Assembly: GCA_963575745.1 (NCBI GenBank)
Contig: CAUYUJ010000325.1
Location: 186,001-250,000, forward strand
DNA length: 64,000 bases
Origin: Prorocentrum cordatum
Taxonomy: Eukaryota
Reading direction: 5' to 3'
In this document: positions 48,421 through 61,289 of the stretch, in pieces
Layout of the letters: the number at the start of each line of letters is the position of its first letter
How positions within the stretch are numbered: the first letter of the stretch is position 1
Notes under the pieces: generated by a model
Told to the model about the DNA's origin: nothing
Seen by the model: only the letters and a program-made list of their open reading frames with translations
Database searches by the model: none
Translations under genes and position numbers: made by a program

Positions 48421-49559
48421 GACTTTCAGACAAGAACATGACATATCCACTCAATGCCAGAGAGATGGGCCAGCAAAGCTGTGTAGCACGGCCGACCGCA
48501 TCCAGGAGCAGAGCCACAAACCTGAAATGCAACTCGCTTAGTATGGCGAACGAGCGTGTCCGCCGAGGAAGAGGAAGAGGGGACCATACGAATGTGTGAG
48601 GATGTCTCGGGCGAGGCGATGGCCTCAGCACTCCAAGGGGGGGCGCCAGATTGTGGGGGATATCTCATGCGGTTTCCCCGTTTTGCGCCCTCAACATCCT
48701 CCGCTTTCGGAGCGCATGGTCAGAATGTCTCGGGCGAGGCGCTGGCTTTCGCACCCCAAGGGGGGGGGGGGGGGGGGGGGCAGGACGCCCCAGGACGCCC
48801 TGGAGGCCCCAGGAGGCCCCAGAAGTGACCCCTAATCCTGCGCGTTTCCTCCTGTACCTATAGATTGAGCCCCTCCTTGGAATCGAATCCTTGGTTGTTT
48901 ACGCGTGTTCCTATAGATTGCCCCCCTCCTGCCGTTCCAATCGCATGTGCTTTTCGCATGTTCCTATAGATCGGACATCTCATCTCCATGGCGTGGCTGG
49001 CTAAATCACGGTCCAGCCAATGCGTGGGATCTTCTGGGCCAGCCAACAAAGCGCAAAATGCTTCGCACGGCGTTTGAATGAGGAACCGTCATTCCTTGCG
49101 TAATCATGGAGGGAAGGATCGCGTAGCCATTTCGACTCAGTCACGCTCAGTCATGATCAGGGCATTGACGCGGAAATACACCCATCCTGAGCACAGACAT
49201 GCTCTGAGTCATGCGCATGGACGCACTCGAACGACTGCGACCCATTCACACTCCAACCCATTCACAGTAGTTAGATCCAGCCCCAATATGTCAATACCCA
49301 AGCGCACTTAGAATCGAAAACTATGGCGCCTAGACGCTCACGGCGGAACTGCCCTTGCAAACATATGTATGTGTATATATATATAGATGGTGAGCTCCAT
49401 GCAGTGAGTAGTTATACATCGTATCATTAGCATTCTGAATATAATCAGTGATATGCTTCCTGGTGGCATTGGCAGTTACAGTATTAATCGTAGCGTTATT
49501 CGTACTAGCGTGGTCGTCGTATTCGCATTATGATTATTGCTCCTCCTCCTCATCACAAT

Positions 49560-49571
49560 CACCATCATCGG

Positions 49572-49629
<58 letters not shown>

Positions 49630-50012
49630 GACATGATTCAGCTCCTCCTCCTCCTCCTCCGGGACTGCCACCCCGGCCTCGCCCAGTGGAAGAGGCAGCG
49701 CGGGGGGTGCGCCGCCGTTCCGGCAAGCCCCCCACGAGGCGCGGCCGGCCGCAGCCGCTCAGGCCATGCCGTACGAGGGCACCGCTGGGGGCAGCACGCC
49801 ACCGTGCCGCCGGGACGCACCGCCTGGCCAGCGCGGGCACGCTCGCTCGCTCGCTCGATCCTGCGCATGCTTCTCCTCCCTCCCTCGCTCCTGCTCCTGC
49901 TCCTCCTCCTGCTCCTCCTCCTCATCCCTCCCGCCCGCCCTCCCTCGATCCCTCATGCTCATGTTTCTGCTGATCCTCCTCCTCCTCCTCCTCCTCCTCC
50001 TCCTCCTCCTCC

Positions 50013-50051
<39 letters not shown>

Positions 50052-50900
50052 CCATTCCCATCCCCATCCCCATCAGCATCCCATCATCATCATCGTCATC
50101 ACCAGCATCATCAGCATCATCATCGTCATCAGACTCATCATCGTCATCATCAGCATCACTAGCATCATCATCAGCATCACTATTACCATCTGCATCATCC
50201 TCAGTATCATCATCACCAACACCGCACGCATCGCTAACACCAGCATCATCATCACAATCATCATAACCAGCATTAGCATCATCAGCAACATCAGCATCAT
50301 CATCAGCGTCAACAGCAGCATCACTATCACCATCGTCACCATCGTCATCATCATTGTCGTCACCATCACGATCATCAGCATCATCAGAAGCAGCATCATT
50401 ACCATCACCACACGAACCACCACCATCCTCATAACCACCACCATCACCATTACAAGCATCATCATCATCATGATCATCATCAGCATCATCAGTATCATCA
50501 GCATCATCAGCAGCATCATCACAGCCACCACACGCACCACCACCACCACAACCATCATCATCAGCAGCAGCAAAATTGGCATCGTCATCATCATCAGCAT
50601 CAGCATCATCACCACCACACGCACCACCACCACCATCATTATCATCATCAGCATCACCGCCACCACCATCATCATCATCATCAGCACCAGCATCAAAACC
50701 ACCATCATGACCCTCAGCATCACCACCACCACCATCATCAGCATCATCGCCATCATCATCCTCATCGTCGTCATCATCATCATCATCAACAACAGCAGCA
50801 GTTTCATCATCATCAGCAGCATCATCAGCAGCATCAGCATCAGTATCAGCATCAGCATCATCATTCTACTCCTCCTCCTTCTCCTCCCACTTCCCCTCCT
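49560..50900 (+). repeat. (CAG/CAA)n, (CCT)n and a long degenerate (CAT)n microsatellite
   Basis: Direct inspection. Confidence 0.93.
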
Positions 50901-51244
50901 CATCCTCCTCCTCCCTCAGGGGGCTCCCCGGCGGGCCCGCAGCCGTTTTGCCCGCAGCGGCGCGGCGGCCTGCCCCCAGCGCCAGGATGAGGCGCGACGC
51001 GGTGACAGCCTCGCGCGACTGCCGACGGCCACGTTGAGTGCGCCCCCAGGAGTGGTGTGGCGCCCGAGCAGGAGCCAGAGGCGCGCGGCGCGGAGGCTGC
51101 GCCTGGCGACATGCAGGCAAGCAGCAGTCGACTTCGGCTGGCTTGGCACGCCGTTCGGCGACAGCGATGGTGGCTGGGAGCCGATCGTGGCGTGGCTGCA
51201 AGAGCCGAAGGGCGAGGAGGCTGCTCTGGCGGAGGCGCAGGCGG

Positions 51245-52520
51245 ACGCCATCAGCTACAGAGCTGGAATCTGGGCGTGCGAAAAAAGGAGAAGCGAAGCT
51301 GGAGCCAGGCATCACCAGCTACAGCACGGGGATCAAGACGTGCGAGCAGCGAGAAGAAAGGACGGGGCCATCCACCATCAGCTGCAGCGCTGGGATTAGG
51401 GCGTGCAAAGAAGTGGAAGGGAAGCTGAGCCAGACGTCGTCGCTCGTCACGACACTGGGGACAGCGCGTGCGATAAGCGGGAGGCTAGGAGAGAGCCACA
51501 CGTTATCAGCTACAGTACTGGGAACTTGACGTGCGAGAAGCGAGAGGCGAAGACAGAGCCCAGCATCGCCCAGGCCATCCTGTGGGCCCAGCAGAGGGCG
51601 CATAGGCGACGGGGGCCAGCACACTTCGAGGCAGGCGATGGGCGAGCCCAACGTCATCAGCTACAGCGCTGGGATCAGGACGAGCCTGGCGGACAGTGGC
51701 AGGGCCGTGTGGGGAGCTCGTGTGAGAAGAGCGGGCAGGAGGCACAGCTGGAGCCCAACCAGTCGAGCCACGCTACTGGGAACAGCGCATGCGAGAAGTG
51801 GAAGGCGACGTTCGAGCCCGACACCATCAGCTACAGCGCTGGGATCAGGGTATGCGAGAGAGATGGGCAGTGGCAGCATCGAGAGGGAGACGACTGCACG
51901 GGCGAGAAGGACGGGCAGTGGCAGCCGCAAGCGGACGGGCAGTGGCGGCATCGAGAGGGAGACGGCTGCACGTGCGAGACGGACGGGCAACGGCAGCCGC
52001 AAGCGGACGGGCAGTGGCAGCCGACAGCCTCAAGCGGACGGCCAGTTGCAACATCATGCTGACGGGCAGTGGCAGCCGCAGGCGGACGGGCAGTGGCAGA
52101 GCTACAAAGATGGGATCAAGGCGTGCGAGCAAGGCGAGCAGGAGGCTCAGAGTGAGCCCAACGCTGTCAGCTACAGAGCTGGGATCAGTGTTTGCGAGAA
52201 GGACGGGCAGTGGCAGCATCGAGAGGGCGACAACGGGCAGTGGCAGCCACAAGTGGACGGACAGTGGCAGCCTGCGGCGGATGGGAGGTGGACGCCTCAC
52301 GAAGACGAGCACTGTGCGTGCGAGAAGGGCGAGCAGTGCGAGAAGACCGGGCAGTGGCAGCAGAAGGCGAAGGACGAGCCTGGGAACAGCGCGTGCGAGA
52401 CGTGGGAGGCGAAGATAGAGCCCGACACCATCAGCTACAGCGTTAAGACCAGGACATGCGAGACGGGGCAGGCGAAGCTAGAGCCAAATGTCGCCAGCTA
52501 CAGCGCTGGGAGCAGTGCGA
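51245..52520 (+). pseudogene. Degenerate pentatricopeptide-repeat (PPR)-derived tandem array
   Basis: Repeated AKLEP(D/N)(T/V)ISYSAGI.(A/V)CEK(..GQWQ) motifs typical of dinoflagellate PPRs, shortened and frameshifted. Confidence 0.75.
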
Positions 52521-53384
52521 GAAGGAGTGCGGGAGAGGGATCAGCCAGGCAATGTGGGCAACGCGGCGGGTCATCGCCAGCAAGTGGCTGCCGTGCCAGT
52601 CGAGGCCCACACGCGAGGCTGATGCAGAGCAGCAGCAGAGGGTGCTGCACAGGCCGTACATCACGGCCCGCGCTAAACGCAGGGCTCGTGAGGGAAGGGA
52701 GCGCCCAGACAAGCGCTGAGGCGCGGAGCGTGCGAGAAGGGCGCTGCGAGGGCAAGGGCAGCCTCCGTGCGAGAAGAGACGCCTGTGGGACAGGCCCGCG
52801 CGAGGAGCGGTGCCCGCAGGCGAGGGCGCGGCCGTGGGGCCGCGGCGTGCTCCCACTCCTCCCCCCCTCCTCCGCGCGACCCCCGTCGCCTCGGGAAAGA
52901 GCTCAGAAAGAGCTCCTCCTCCTCCCTCCCTCCTTCCCTCCCTCCGTCTCTCATGCTCCTTCTCCTGCTCCTGCTCCTGCTCCTCCTCCTCCTCGCCCCC
53001 CCGCTCCTCCTCCTCCTCGTCCTCCCCTCCCTCCCTCCCTCCCTCCCTCCCGCCCTGCCCCTCCTGCTCCTCATCCTCCTACTCCATGGGCTGGGGAGGA
53101 TCGGCGTCTACAAACATGATGGAACTGCATGCACTCAAACCTTTCGGTTAGGAGCAATGGAGAAGGGCAAGGCGATGAAGGCGCTGTAGGTATGGGTGCG
53201 AGTTGTGGGACCCCGAGGGGGATTCTAGGTCAAGAGGGGACCCCCATCCGGCAACACACATCGACAGCCCATCCGACCCCAGAGATCCACCTCAAGAAAT
53301 CGAGGGGTCGCATAGGTATGGGTGCTAGTGGTCAGCTCTTGATTCAAAGCTTCTGGGCAAAGCTGCTGCGGCTTCGTCTGGGCC

Positions 53385-54069
53385 TCTGGGGGGCTTCTCG
53401 TGGCCACAACTGGGTGCAGCTCGAAAAAACTGCCCCAACGGACCCCGAGAAGGGTCTGGGGATCGATTTTTGGAGGTATCGGCAAGTACTAGAGTGCAAT
53501 TTTGCCCGCGCTGGTCAGCGTGGGCTTCCCAGACCAACTCGCGTCGTGAAAGGAACACGGCGATAGGTGTTTGACCATAATCTGCCTCTGGGGCCCCTCA
53601 CCGAGCCCAGAGGCGATGAGAAGAGAGTCAGGATGAAACGCCGGTTCCAGGGAAAGGGTCGAGACCTCTGGGGGTCCACGTTGTGTGCGAAAACATGACG
53701 TCGGGGGTCTGGGACGGGGGGATCAGCGTTAAAGCTTTGCTTGCTCTTCTGATGGAACTCGGCGGCGAAAGCCGATCCAAGAGTGAGGAAGCATGCCGTC
53801 CCATCAACGTGGCCACTGTACTGTCTATGGAGGCTGCGATGCGCAAGCGCCATTCAACAGCTCAAGACTGACTGGCGGGTGTGCCCGAAAGGCCGTCGAT
53901 CAATTTCGTCCGCAAGTCTGCACCTGGGAGATATCACAATCAATGCGAGCCTCAAAGTGTTTGGGCAGTGATGCTGCTTTTGGGAGTCTGGGGGGCTTCT
54001 CGTGGCCACGGCTGGGCGCAACTCGAAAAACCAGCCCCGACGGACCCCAATAAGTGTCTGGGGGTCGAT
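53385..54069 (+). repeat. Pair of ~85-bp direct repeats (53385-53468 and 53987-54069)
   Basis: TCTGGGGGGCTTCTCGTGGCCAC..CTGGG.GCA.CTCGAAAAA....CCCC.ACGGACCCC...AAG.GTCTGGGG.TCGAT in both copies. Confidence 0.85.
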
Positions 54070-54399
54070 AGTTGAAGGCATCGCCCTGGTTCACAATCTA
54101 GGAAAAGACTAATTCGCGATCTGGCCCGCTGTGGATACTGAATCAGTGTAAATCCAAATTCTCAGCCCGTCCGTTCTGAATCATGAGCCTTTGCCCGCTG
54201 AATATTCTCGGGAAGCCTCTACTGCAAGAATGGCTGGTGTCACTCAGGTACTGTCCGCCATCACCATCGTCTTGACCCTGTTTTCCTCTGCGTCATAACG
54301 ATCCGCCTTAGCACTGTTAGCATTATGCATATAGGTACTGATACTCTTGCTTATGAGCCATATGTCGTATTTGAATTATGCTTACTTTTTTATGAGTCA

Positions 54400-54954
54400 T
54401 CTTCAGCATCATCAGCCTTATCACCCTCTTCGTCCGCACAAGCATCATCAGCATCATTAATAGCATCACCATCATCATCGGCATCGTCATAATCAACATC
54501 ATCATCGTCATTGACATCGTCATCGACATCTTAATCGCCAGCATCATTATCATCGTCATGGTCAATCCCATCATCATCATCATCATCAGCATCATCAGCA
54601 TCATCAGCATCATCATCATCATCATCATCAGCATCATCAGCATCATCATCCCCATCAATATAACCACAAGCAGCATCAACATACCCAACATCGGCATCGT
54701 CATCATGGTCATCACCATCGTCATAAACATGTCCATCGCCATCGCCGTCGCCATCCTCATCATCATGACAATCATCAACAGAATCAGCATCAGCATCAGC
54801 ATCAGCATCACAATCAGCATCATCATCATCAGCAGCAGCAGCATCATCATCAACATCATCATCACCATCATACATCGTCATCATCATTGCCATCATGTTC
54901 ACCAACATCATCATCATTATCAACATCATCATCACCATCACCATCACCATCACC

Positions 54955-54986
<32 letters not shown>

Positions 54987-55021
54987 CACCATCATCTCAT
55001 CATCATCATCAACATAATCAG

Positions 55022-55075
<54 letters not shown>
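54400..55075 (+). repeat. (CAT)n microsatellite
   Basis: Direct inspection; it ends at the LINE 5' junction. Confidence 0.95.
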
Positions 55076-55078
<3 letters not shown>

Positions 55079-55090
55079 TTTTGGCTCAAG
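55076..55090 (+). other. Perfect 15-nt spliced-leader relict CCATTTTGGCTCAAG
   Basis: Exact match to the last 15 nt of DinoSL. Confidence 0.92.
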
Positions 55091-55233
55091 CCGCGCGCTT
55101 GGCCAAGCCAGACAGCCCACGCCCTTGCACCGCATGTGCTTGAGACAGCTTTTCAACCTCTCCATACAAACCCTGTTCCTGGCCGTCGCGCCAGTACTCG
55201 TCCATTGCCCCGCCGCAGCGGGCAACGGCAGCG

Positions 55234-56402
55234 ATATGGTCCGACGACGAGTGGACCAAGCTCGGCTGGAAGCAGAACCAGGACGGCTCGTGGGTCAACG
55301 GCTCACGCACTTGGCGCCCGCCGTCGACAACGGCTGCGCGCTCGTGGACGTGCAAGGTCTGCAACTCCACCAACTGGTCGCCCAAGACGAATAGCTCCGT
55401 CTGCAACGTGAAAAAGTCCTTCCAGCCCCAGCCGGGCCAGCCCTCGCTGACCAACGCCGCTCCGCCCCCTCAGCAGGGAGTGGCGGCACAGCTCTCCGCG
55501 GTCGCCAGCAAGCTCCTGCAGGCGGCCCCAACTACGGCACCTCCGAGCACGGCAGCGCCATCAGCGCCACCTTCCGCATCCGGCGACCTGACCAAGGCCC
55601 AGCGGCAGACCCAGATCAAGCAGCTCGAGGCGGAGCTCATCCCCCTACAGGGGGTCGAGCACCAGGAGCTCCGCTCCAGCATCGTCAAGCAGGTGGCCGA
55701 GCACATGCAAGCGCTGATCTCGGACAAGCCCCTGGGCCAACGCATGGACAACTGCAAGGACGCCCTCGAGCGCGCCAAGAAGCGCACCCTCCAGGCGAGG
55801 GAGGCACTGGTCCTAGCAGAGCAAACAGTACAAGCGGCGGAGGCCGAGGAGCAACGCCTGACCCAGGAGCTGACGGACCTGCAGCACGTGTTGGCCGAGG
55901 CCCCAGTGCCGGAGGAAGGACTGGACGCTCTACGAGCACATCTCGCCGCCGCCTGCGACAAAGTCGCTTCTCTGCCGGCGCCCCGGCCGACGCCGCCGAT
56001 CACGCCAAGTCCCTAAGCGCGGACCTGCTGTCCCGGTTCGAGAAGGCGTTCGAGGAGCAAGCAGAAGCGCCAACCGGTCAGCATGCCCCCACCCCACGCA
56101 GGCACAGCACCAAATCGGAGCTAGTACCAGGGGTGGACACCAGTGCACCGGGAATGCCAGTGGGCACTCACTACCAAGGCAAGCAGCCATTCAAGGGCCC
56201 TGTCCAGCAGCCCCTGACCAACTACTTCACAATCCCCGCCGCGATGCTAGCCGCTGCGGGACCTCCTCGGCCTCGCAGCGCGGGGGCGACAGACCGCTTT
56301 GCTCCGTACCCGACTACTGGGGCGGGCTCCTCTGCCCAGAGGGCCGCGTCGGCGAGGCCGACGGTGATTTTTGCCGACGCTGCGAGGAAAACTACAATGT
56401 AA
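55234..56402 (+). pseudogene. LINE ORF1-like protein
   Basis: WTCKVCNSTNWSPKTN(S)SVC (RanBP2-type, one Cys>Ser) in frame with ORF 55408-56016 (coiled coil); the start appears mutated to ATA; frameshift near 55980. Confidence 0.7.
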
Positions 56403-56609
56403 CCGTCGCCAACGCCTCGGCCTACCACGCCACATCTGTGAATGCGCGTGGGTTCGAGGCTTTCTGGCCTCCGGAGGCCCCCCTCGTAGCCACGGCTGGA
56501 CGCGGCTCGAGAAACTGGCCAGAGTGGACAGGGGCATCTCCCAGACTTTCTGGGAGCGCAGGCCCGCTCACCCGATGGCACGGGCACCGCATGCGGCGTG
56601 ATGACACGG

Positions 56610-59600
56610 AGGTCTCCTTCCTCAACCTGGCGACATTCAACGTCCAGACGCTCGACCCGACGGAGCAAGAGGCAACTGCGCCGCAGTGGCCAGCACCTCA
56701 CTGCCCGCACGCAGCTGATTGAGACGTACCTCCACGACCGCGGAGCCCACGTCGCTGGCATCCAGGAGGCCCGTCTCCCAGATCAGGGCTGCCAGGAGCT
56801 CAACCACTACTACGCGTTCACCGCTGCCGCCAACTCGGACGGCACCGGCGACGTCCAGCTGTGGATCCACAAGGACCTCCACGCGACCGCCAGCAAGGCC
56901 GCCACCAACGTCGTCAACCCACGCCTCCTCCGCACCGAGGCCTCTATCGCAGGCTGCGCAGTTCCGGCGATTTCTGCGCACGCACCTGTCTCATCGGCCC
57001 CTACCCAGGACAAGCGCGACTTCTGGGATGCCCTGCACAGGGAGCTCCGGCAGGCGCGGCACCGGACGTCCATCATCGTCATCGATGGCAATGACGACGA
57101 CGAGGCCCATGGCGTGAACTCCAACTACCAGTTCTCACAGGAGTGCCGCCTCGCCGACCATCTCGCCGACGCGGCCGAGCTCCTCGGCAGCGAGGAACCC
57201 ACGTGGTTCGGCATACTGGGCCACGAAAAGGGGTGCGACCACATCTGGCTCGATCCTCGATGGCAGCATCATCTACGGAGCGTGCAGGTCTACGACGACA
57301 GCCTCAGCTTCACCGAGAGGGAGGACCACAAGGCACTGGGCGCGCAGCTCGCCCTCCCCGCACTCCTGGAGGAGCACCCTCCGCCTTCGCTCAAGGTCAG
57401 CCCGGCCCGGCTCTGCGACGAGGACGTGCGCGTGGCTTTTCCAGAAGGACATGCAGCAGGCCGCCCACGAGCTCCAGCAGTACGTCCACGACGGCCCCGA
57501 CCGCTACCACCAGCAGCTCATCCACAGGGTCCAACGGCTCCAGCGTCAACATTTTTTCGCGCCGTCCAAGGCGGTGCCACAACAGCCATGGATCTCCCAA
57601 GCCAGCTGGGCATTGGTCCAACGCGCCCCGCAAGTTCGAAATCAAGCAGTCTGGCGCGGCCACCGCGTCCAGATGCTCCGGCTTACCCGTGCGTCTCTGG
57701 AATGGCGAGCAACGAGCCTACATGACCGACGCGACCGTGATCGTGCGCAACACCTCTTACATCAACTTCCCGACGCCCATCGCCAAGCGGCACTGGCGCC
57801 CAGAGACCTCGCACTTCATCGCAACGCAGTGCGAGCCCTCACTCGCATAGATCGCCAACGCTGGGCCGAGGAGCTGGCTCTCCGGGCCTTCGCGGCCGAC
57901 CAGAGCGGCGACGCCAAGCAGCTGCACAACATTACCAGACAGCTCAAGGTGCACAAGGGCTTCCGCAAGCACGCCAAGACATTGGACGAACGCGGCACTG
58001 CGCTCTTCGACCCCGACGAGATCCAGCGCAGATGGGAGCGGCATTGGTCCTCCTTGTTTGCCAGCACTTGCCTAACTATGACAGCTTTGTCAGAGCCCAC
58101 CTTGCCGGGGATCCGTCGCGGCGGCCGCCGCAGCATTTGGATCGTGACCGAGTGCGGCATTATCTATATCGCATTCACCCGAAGAAGGGCCTCGGCCCAG
58201 ACGGCATCGGCGCGTCCATTTGGCGAGCCGGCGGAGAGGCCACGCTGGACATGGTGATCCCGTTGTTCGATATTTCGTTCACTGCCGCCCAGGCCCCCAT
58301 CGCGATGAAGGGAGGGAAGCTCTGGGACATCTGGAAGCAGAAGGGCGACCCTGCGGTGTGCGGCAACAGCCGCGGCATCCTCGTCTCCGACCATCTATCC
58401 AAATGGTGCTGCATGGCGATCGCCGAGACCGTCTTTCGAGCGGCTCCTAACGCCCTGGGTCCGGCGCAGTGCGGTTCCATGCCGGGGAAGGATGCCTCGC
58501 TTCCCACCACGGCCATCCAAACGTTCATCGAGCGTGCCCTCCACCAGCGGCGGTCTTGGGCACTGCTCTTCCTGGATATGGCCCAGGCTTTCGACTCCAT
58601 CATCCGCGAGTACCTCTGCGGCGTCGGCCGTGGCAAGCTCTCAGACCTCTCCGCGGAACTGCTGCGAGCTGGCATCCCCGCGCCTGTCGCGCAAGAGGCC
58701 CAGACATACCTCGAGACGCACCCGCTTCTACTGGAGCAGGCGGGCATGCCGCCAGAGGATGTCCGGCAGATCGCCGACTGGCATACTGGCACCTGGTTCG
58801 CCGTCCGTGGGGCGGAGCATGATGTGGACCTCGCTCGCCGCGGGGCCCGCCAAGGTTGTCGATTGGGCGCGCTTTGCTTGAATTTGGCCTACGAGCTTGC
58901 ACTGGGCCGCGCGCGACAACGGTTGCGGGAAGCCGGCACCACCCTCGAGCTTCGGACCCCGAAGTACGTTGCTATCCCCTGGGCCACCGCCCTCGACTCC
59001 AGGGAGGACCTCCACGAGACCACAAACACCGACGTCGACGGCGAGTACGTCGATGACGCCGTCTTCGCCTTCCTCGAGACGGAGCACGGCGGGCCCCAGC
59101 AGGTGCTGGACCAGCTCGGCATGGCCACGGACATCCTGGTCCACGAGTTCGCGCGCCTCGGTCTCACAATAAATTTCGGTCCAGGGAAGTCCGCCGACAT
59201 GGTCAAGCTTTTCGGCAACGGCTCCAGGAAGCTCCACCAGAACGCACTCCTGGAGAACGGACGCGAGCAGTTCTCCTCCCCGGGCGGCTTCACCCCGGAG
59301 ATCGTTCACCACTTCGCCCACCTGGGCACGATCCACCAGGGCGCTGGAGGCCACCACGCCGACGGCCGACGCAAGGCGGCGAAGGCGCAGCAGGCCTTCG
59401 CGCCGCTGGCCGCCCCCATCTTCGGCTCCAAGGCCATTGCGGAGCCCACCAGGATCAAGCTCGCCAACTCTCTCGTGCTCTCGCGCAGCCTGTTTGCAGT
59501 GGCGGCATGGCGAGGTCAGATCGACAGAGGATGGCTCCCGCTGGAGGCCCAGTACCACCGAGTGCTTCGCCGCATTCACGGCTCCATGCGCTTCGGGGCC

Positions 59601-60374
59601 CCCGGCACGCCGACGGACCTCGAGGTGAGGACCGCGCTGCAGGCCCCACCGCTCGCCTCATTGGTGCGGGCGCAGCGTCTTGCAGGCCTTGGCTCGCGGC
59701 TGCAGGCGCCACAGCTGGTGATGCGCTGCATTGCCACCGTGCCCAAGCCCGCGTCTGCCACCCATCTCCTAACGGACCTCAGGCATCTGGCAGCCGCATT
59801 TCTGGCGGAAGCGCAGGCCCTCGGAGACCCATTTCATTTTCCAGCCGCCTGGCGCGAGTTCATCCTGTCGGAGCCCGCGAGATGGAGGCGGCTTTGTCAC
59901 GCATTCCGCGCATGCCCTGGCGAGGCCTCGCAATCCCAGGCGGCCATGCGCCGGCAGCGAGGGAAGCAACCTGCCCCGCTTGGGCGGGTGACCGCGCCGG
60001 TCCCGACTCTGACATGCCCTGACTGCCAGAAAGAATGCCTGGCCGCTCACAGGAGGCACGCGCACGGCATAAAAATGCAGGCGCGGTTTCACATCCTTGG
60101 CACAGAGTGCCCAGCCTGCTCCAAGGATTTCTATACGCGCCCCCGCGCGCTCCACCACCTCCAATTCTCCAGCAAGCAGTGCAGAGCCCGGATGATGCAG
60201 GGGGACCTCCCTGCCTTCTCGGCTTCCCAGGTCGCCGAAGCCGACAGGGCCGACGCGGCGTCCAACCGCGGCCGCACAGCGAGGGGCGAAACGCGTACTC
60301 GCGCTCTCTGCCCGCCGCGCCCCACAGCAGAGTTGCAGCCCGCGGGTGCTTCGTCAAGGGGATCGTCCGCATAG
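56610..60374 (+). pseudogene. LINE ORF2: APE endonuclease, reverse transcriptase and C-terminal Cys/His fingers (about 3 frameshifts)
   Basis: LATFNVQTL, GIQEARL, ISAHAP, IDGN, CDHIWL, EDH (APE); KGLGPDGI, FLDMAQAFDSI, GARQGC, EYVDD, HLG (RT); CPDC...HAH and CPAC...HHL. Confidence 0.92.
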
Positions 60375-60454
60375 CGTCACCCAGCGCGGGCAGGGAAGTC
60401 AATAGATTTGTTGAGAATTCGTTGACTTCCCGGCCAGGCCGGGGACCATTCCAT

Positions 60455-61036
60455 ATTCCCTACCTAGGCTCTGCCTAGAAGGGTTCTTACTCTCTTAGCT
60501 TAGAGGGGCCGGGCAGTGGAAAGCGCCCCGGGCGGTTCCCCCAGTCCCCTGGGAGCGGTTCCCCCCAGTCCCCTGGGAGCTTTAGCTTTAGCTTTAGCTT
60601 AGCTTTAGCTTAGCTGTAGCTTAGCTGTAGCTTAGCTGTAGCTTAACTTTAGCTTAGCGTTTCGCTTAGCTTTTCGCTTAGCGTTTAGCTTAGATTTAGC
60701 TTAGTTTTAGCTTAGCGTTAGCTTAGCGTTAGCTTAGCTTGAGCTTAGCTGTAGCTTAGCGTTAGCTTAGCTTTAGCTTAGCTTTAGCTTAGCTTTAGCT
60801 TAGCTTTAGCTTAGCTTTAGCTTAGCTGTAGCTTAGCTTTAGCTTAGCTGTTGCTCAGCTTTAGCTTAGCTTTAGCTTAGCTTTAGCTTAGCTTTAGCTT
60901 AACTTTAGCTTAGCTGTGGCTTAGCTTTAGCTTAGCTTTAGCTTAGCTTTAGCTTAGCTTTAGCTTAGCGTTCCTGTTACTACTAATGCTGCTTTCCTAG
61001 GGGTTCCAACTCCTAGGTAGGGTCGCGCTGGGATAA
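60455..61036 (+). mobile_element. Non-autonomous hairpin / subterminal-IR element with an AGCTT/AGCTTT satellite core (copy 2)
   Basis: Perfect 11-bp inverted repeat CCCTACCTAGG (60458-60468) and CCTAGGTAGGG (61012-61022); ends match 21590-22347 in inverted orientation. Confidence 0.87.
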
Positions 61037-61289
61037 TTCATTTCAGCGCCCTGCACAGGCGCCTCCATATCTACCGCCCCTGGTGGGCGCCCTCAGCTCT
61101 TGTCATTTTCCCAGATTGGGAGCCGGAGGTTTTCCACACACGTGGTGTTTTTCCCAACCATCCTGTGGTGTTGGGTCCTCGTTTTGAAGAGACGGTGCCC
61201 CGCGTCTCCCTCACTCCTCCTCCTCCTCCAGCTGCCTCCTCCCTCCGCCCTCCTCTCCCTCGTTGCCTCTGCTCACGGCGCACCCCTCA

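Larger units (their letters stand above)
55076..60454 (+). mobile_element. Near full-length LINE (ORF1 with RanBP2-type zinc finger and coiled coil; ORF2 with APE endonuclease, RT and zinc fingers)
   Basis: Spliced-leader relict at the 5' end, recognisable ORF1 and ORF2 motifs, a 3' stem-loop and a CCATT tail. Confidence 0.9.

Noticed and set aside
49537..51399. 620-aa Ile/His-rich ORF
   Set aside because: Mostly (CAT)n microsatellite translation; only the last part touches PPR-like sequence.
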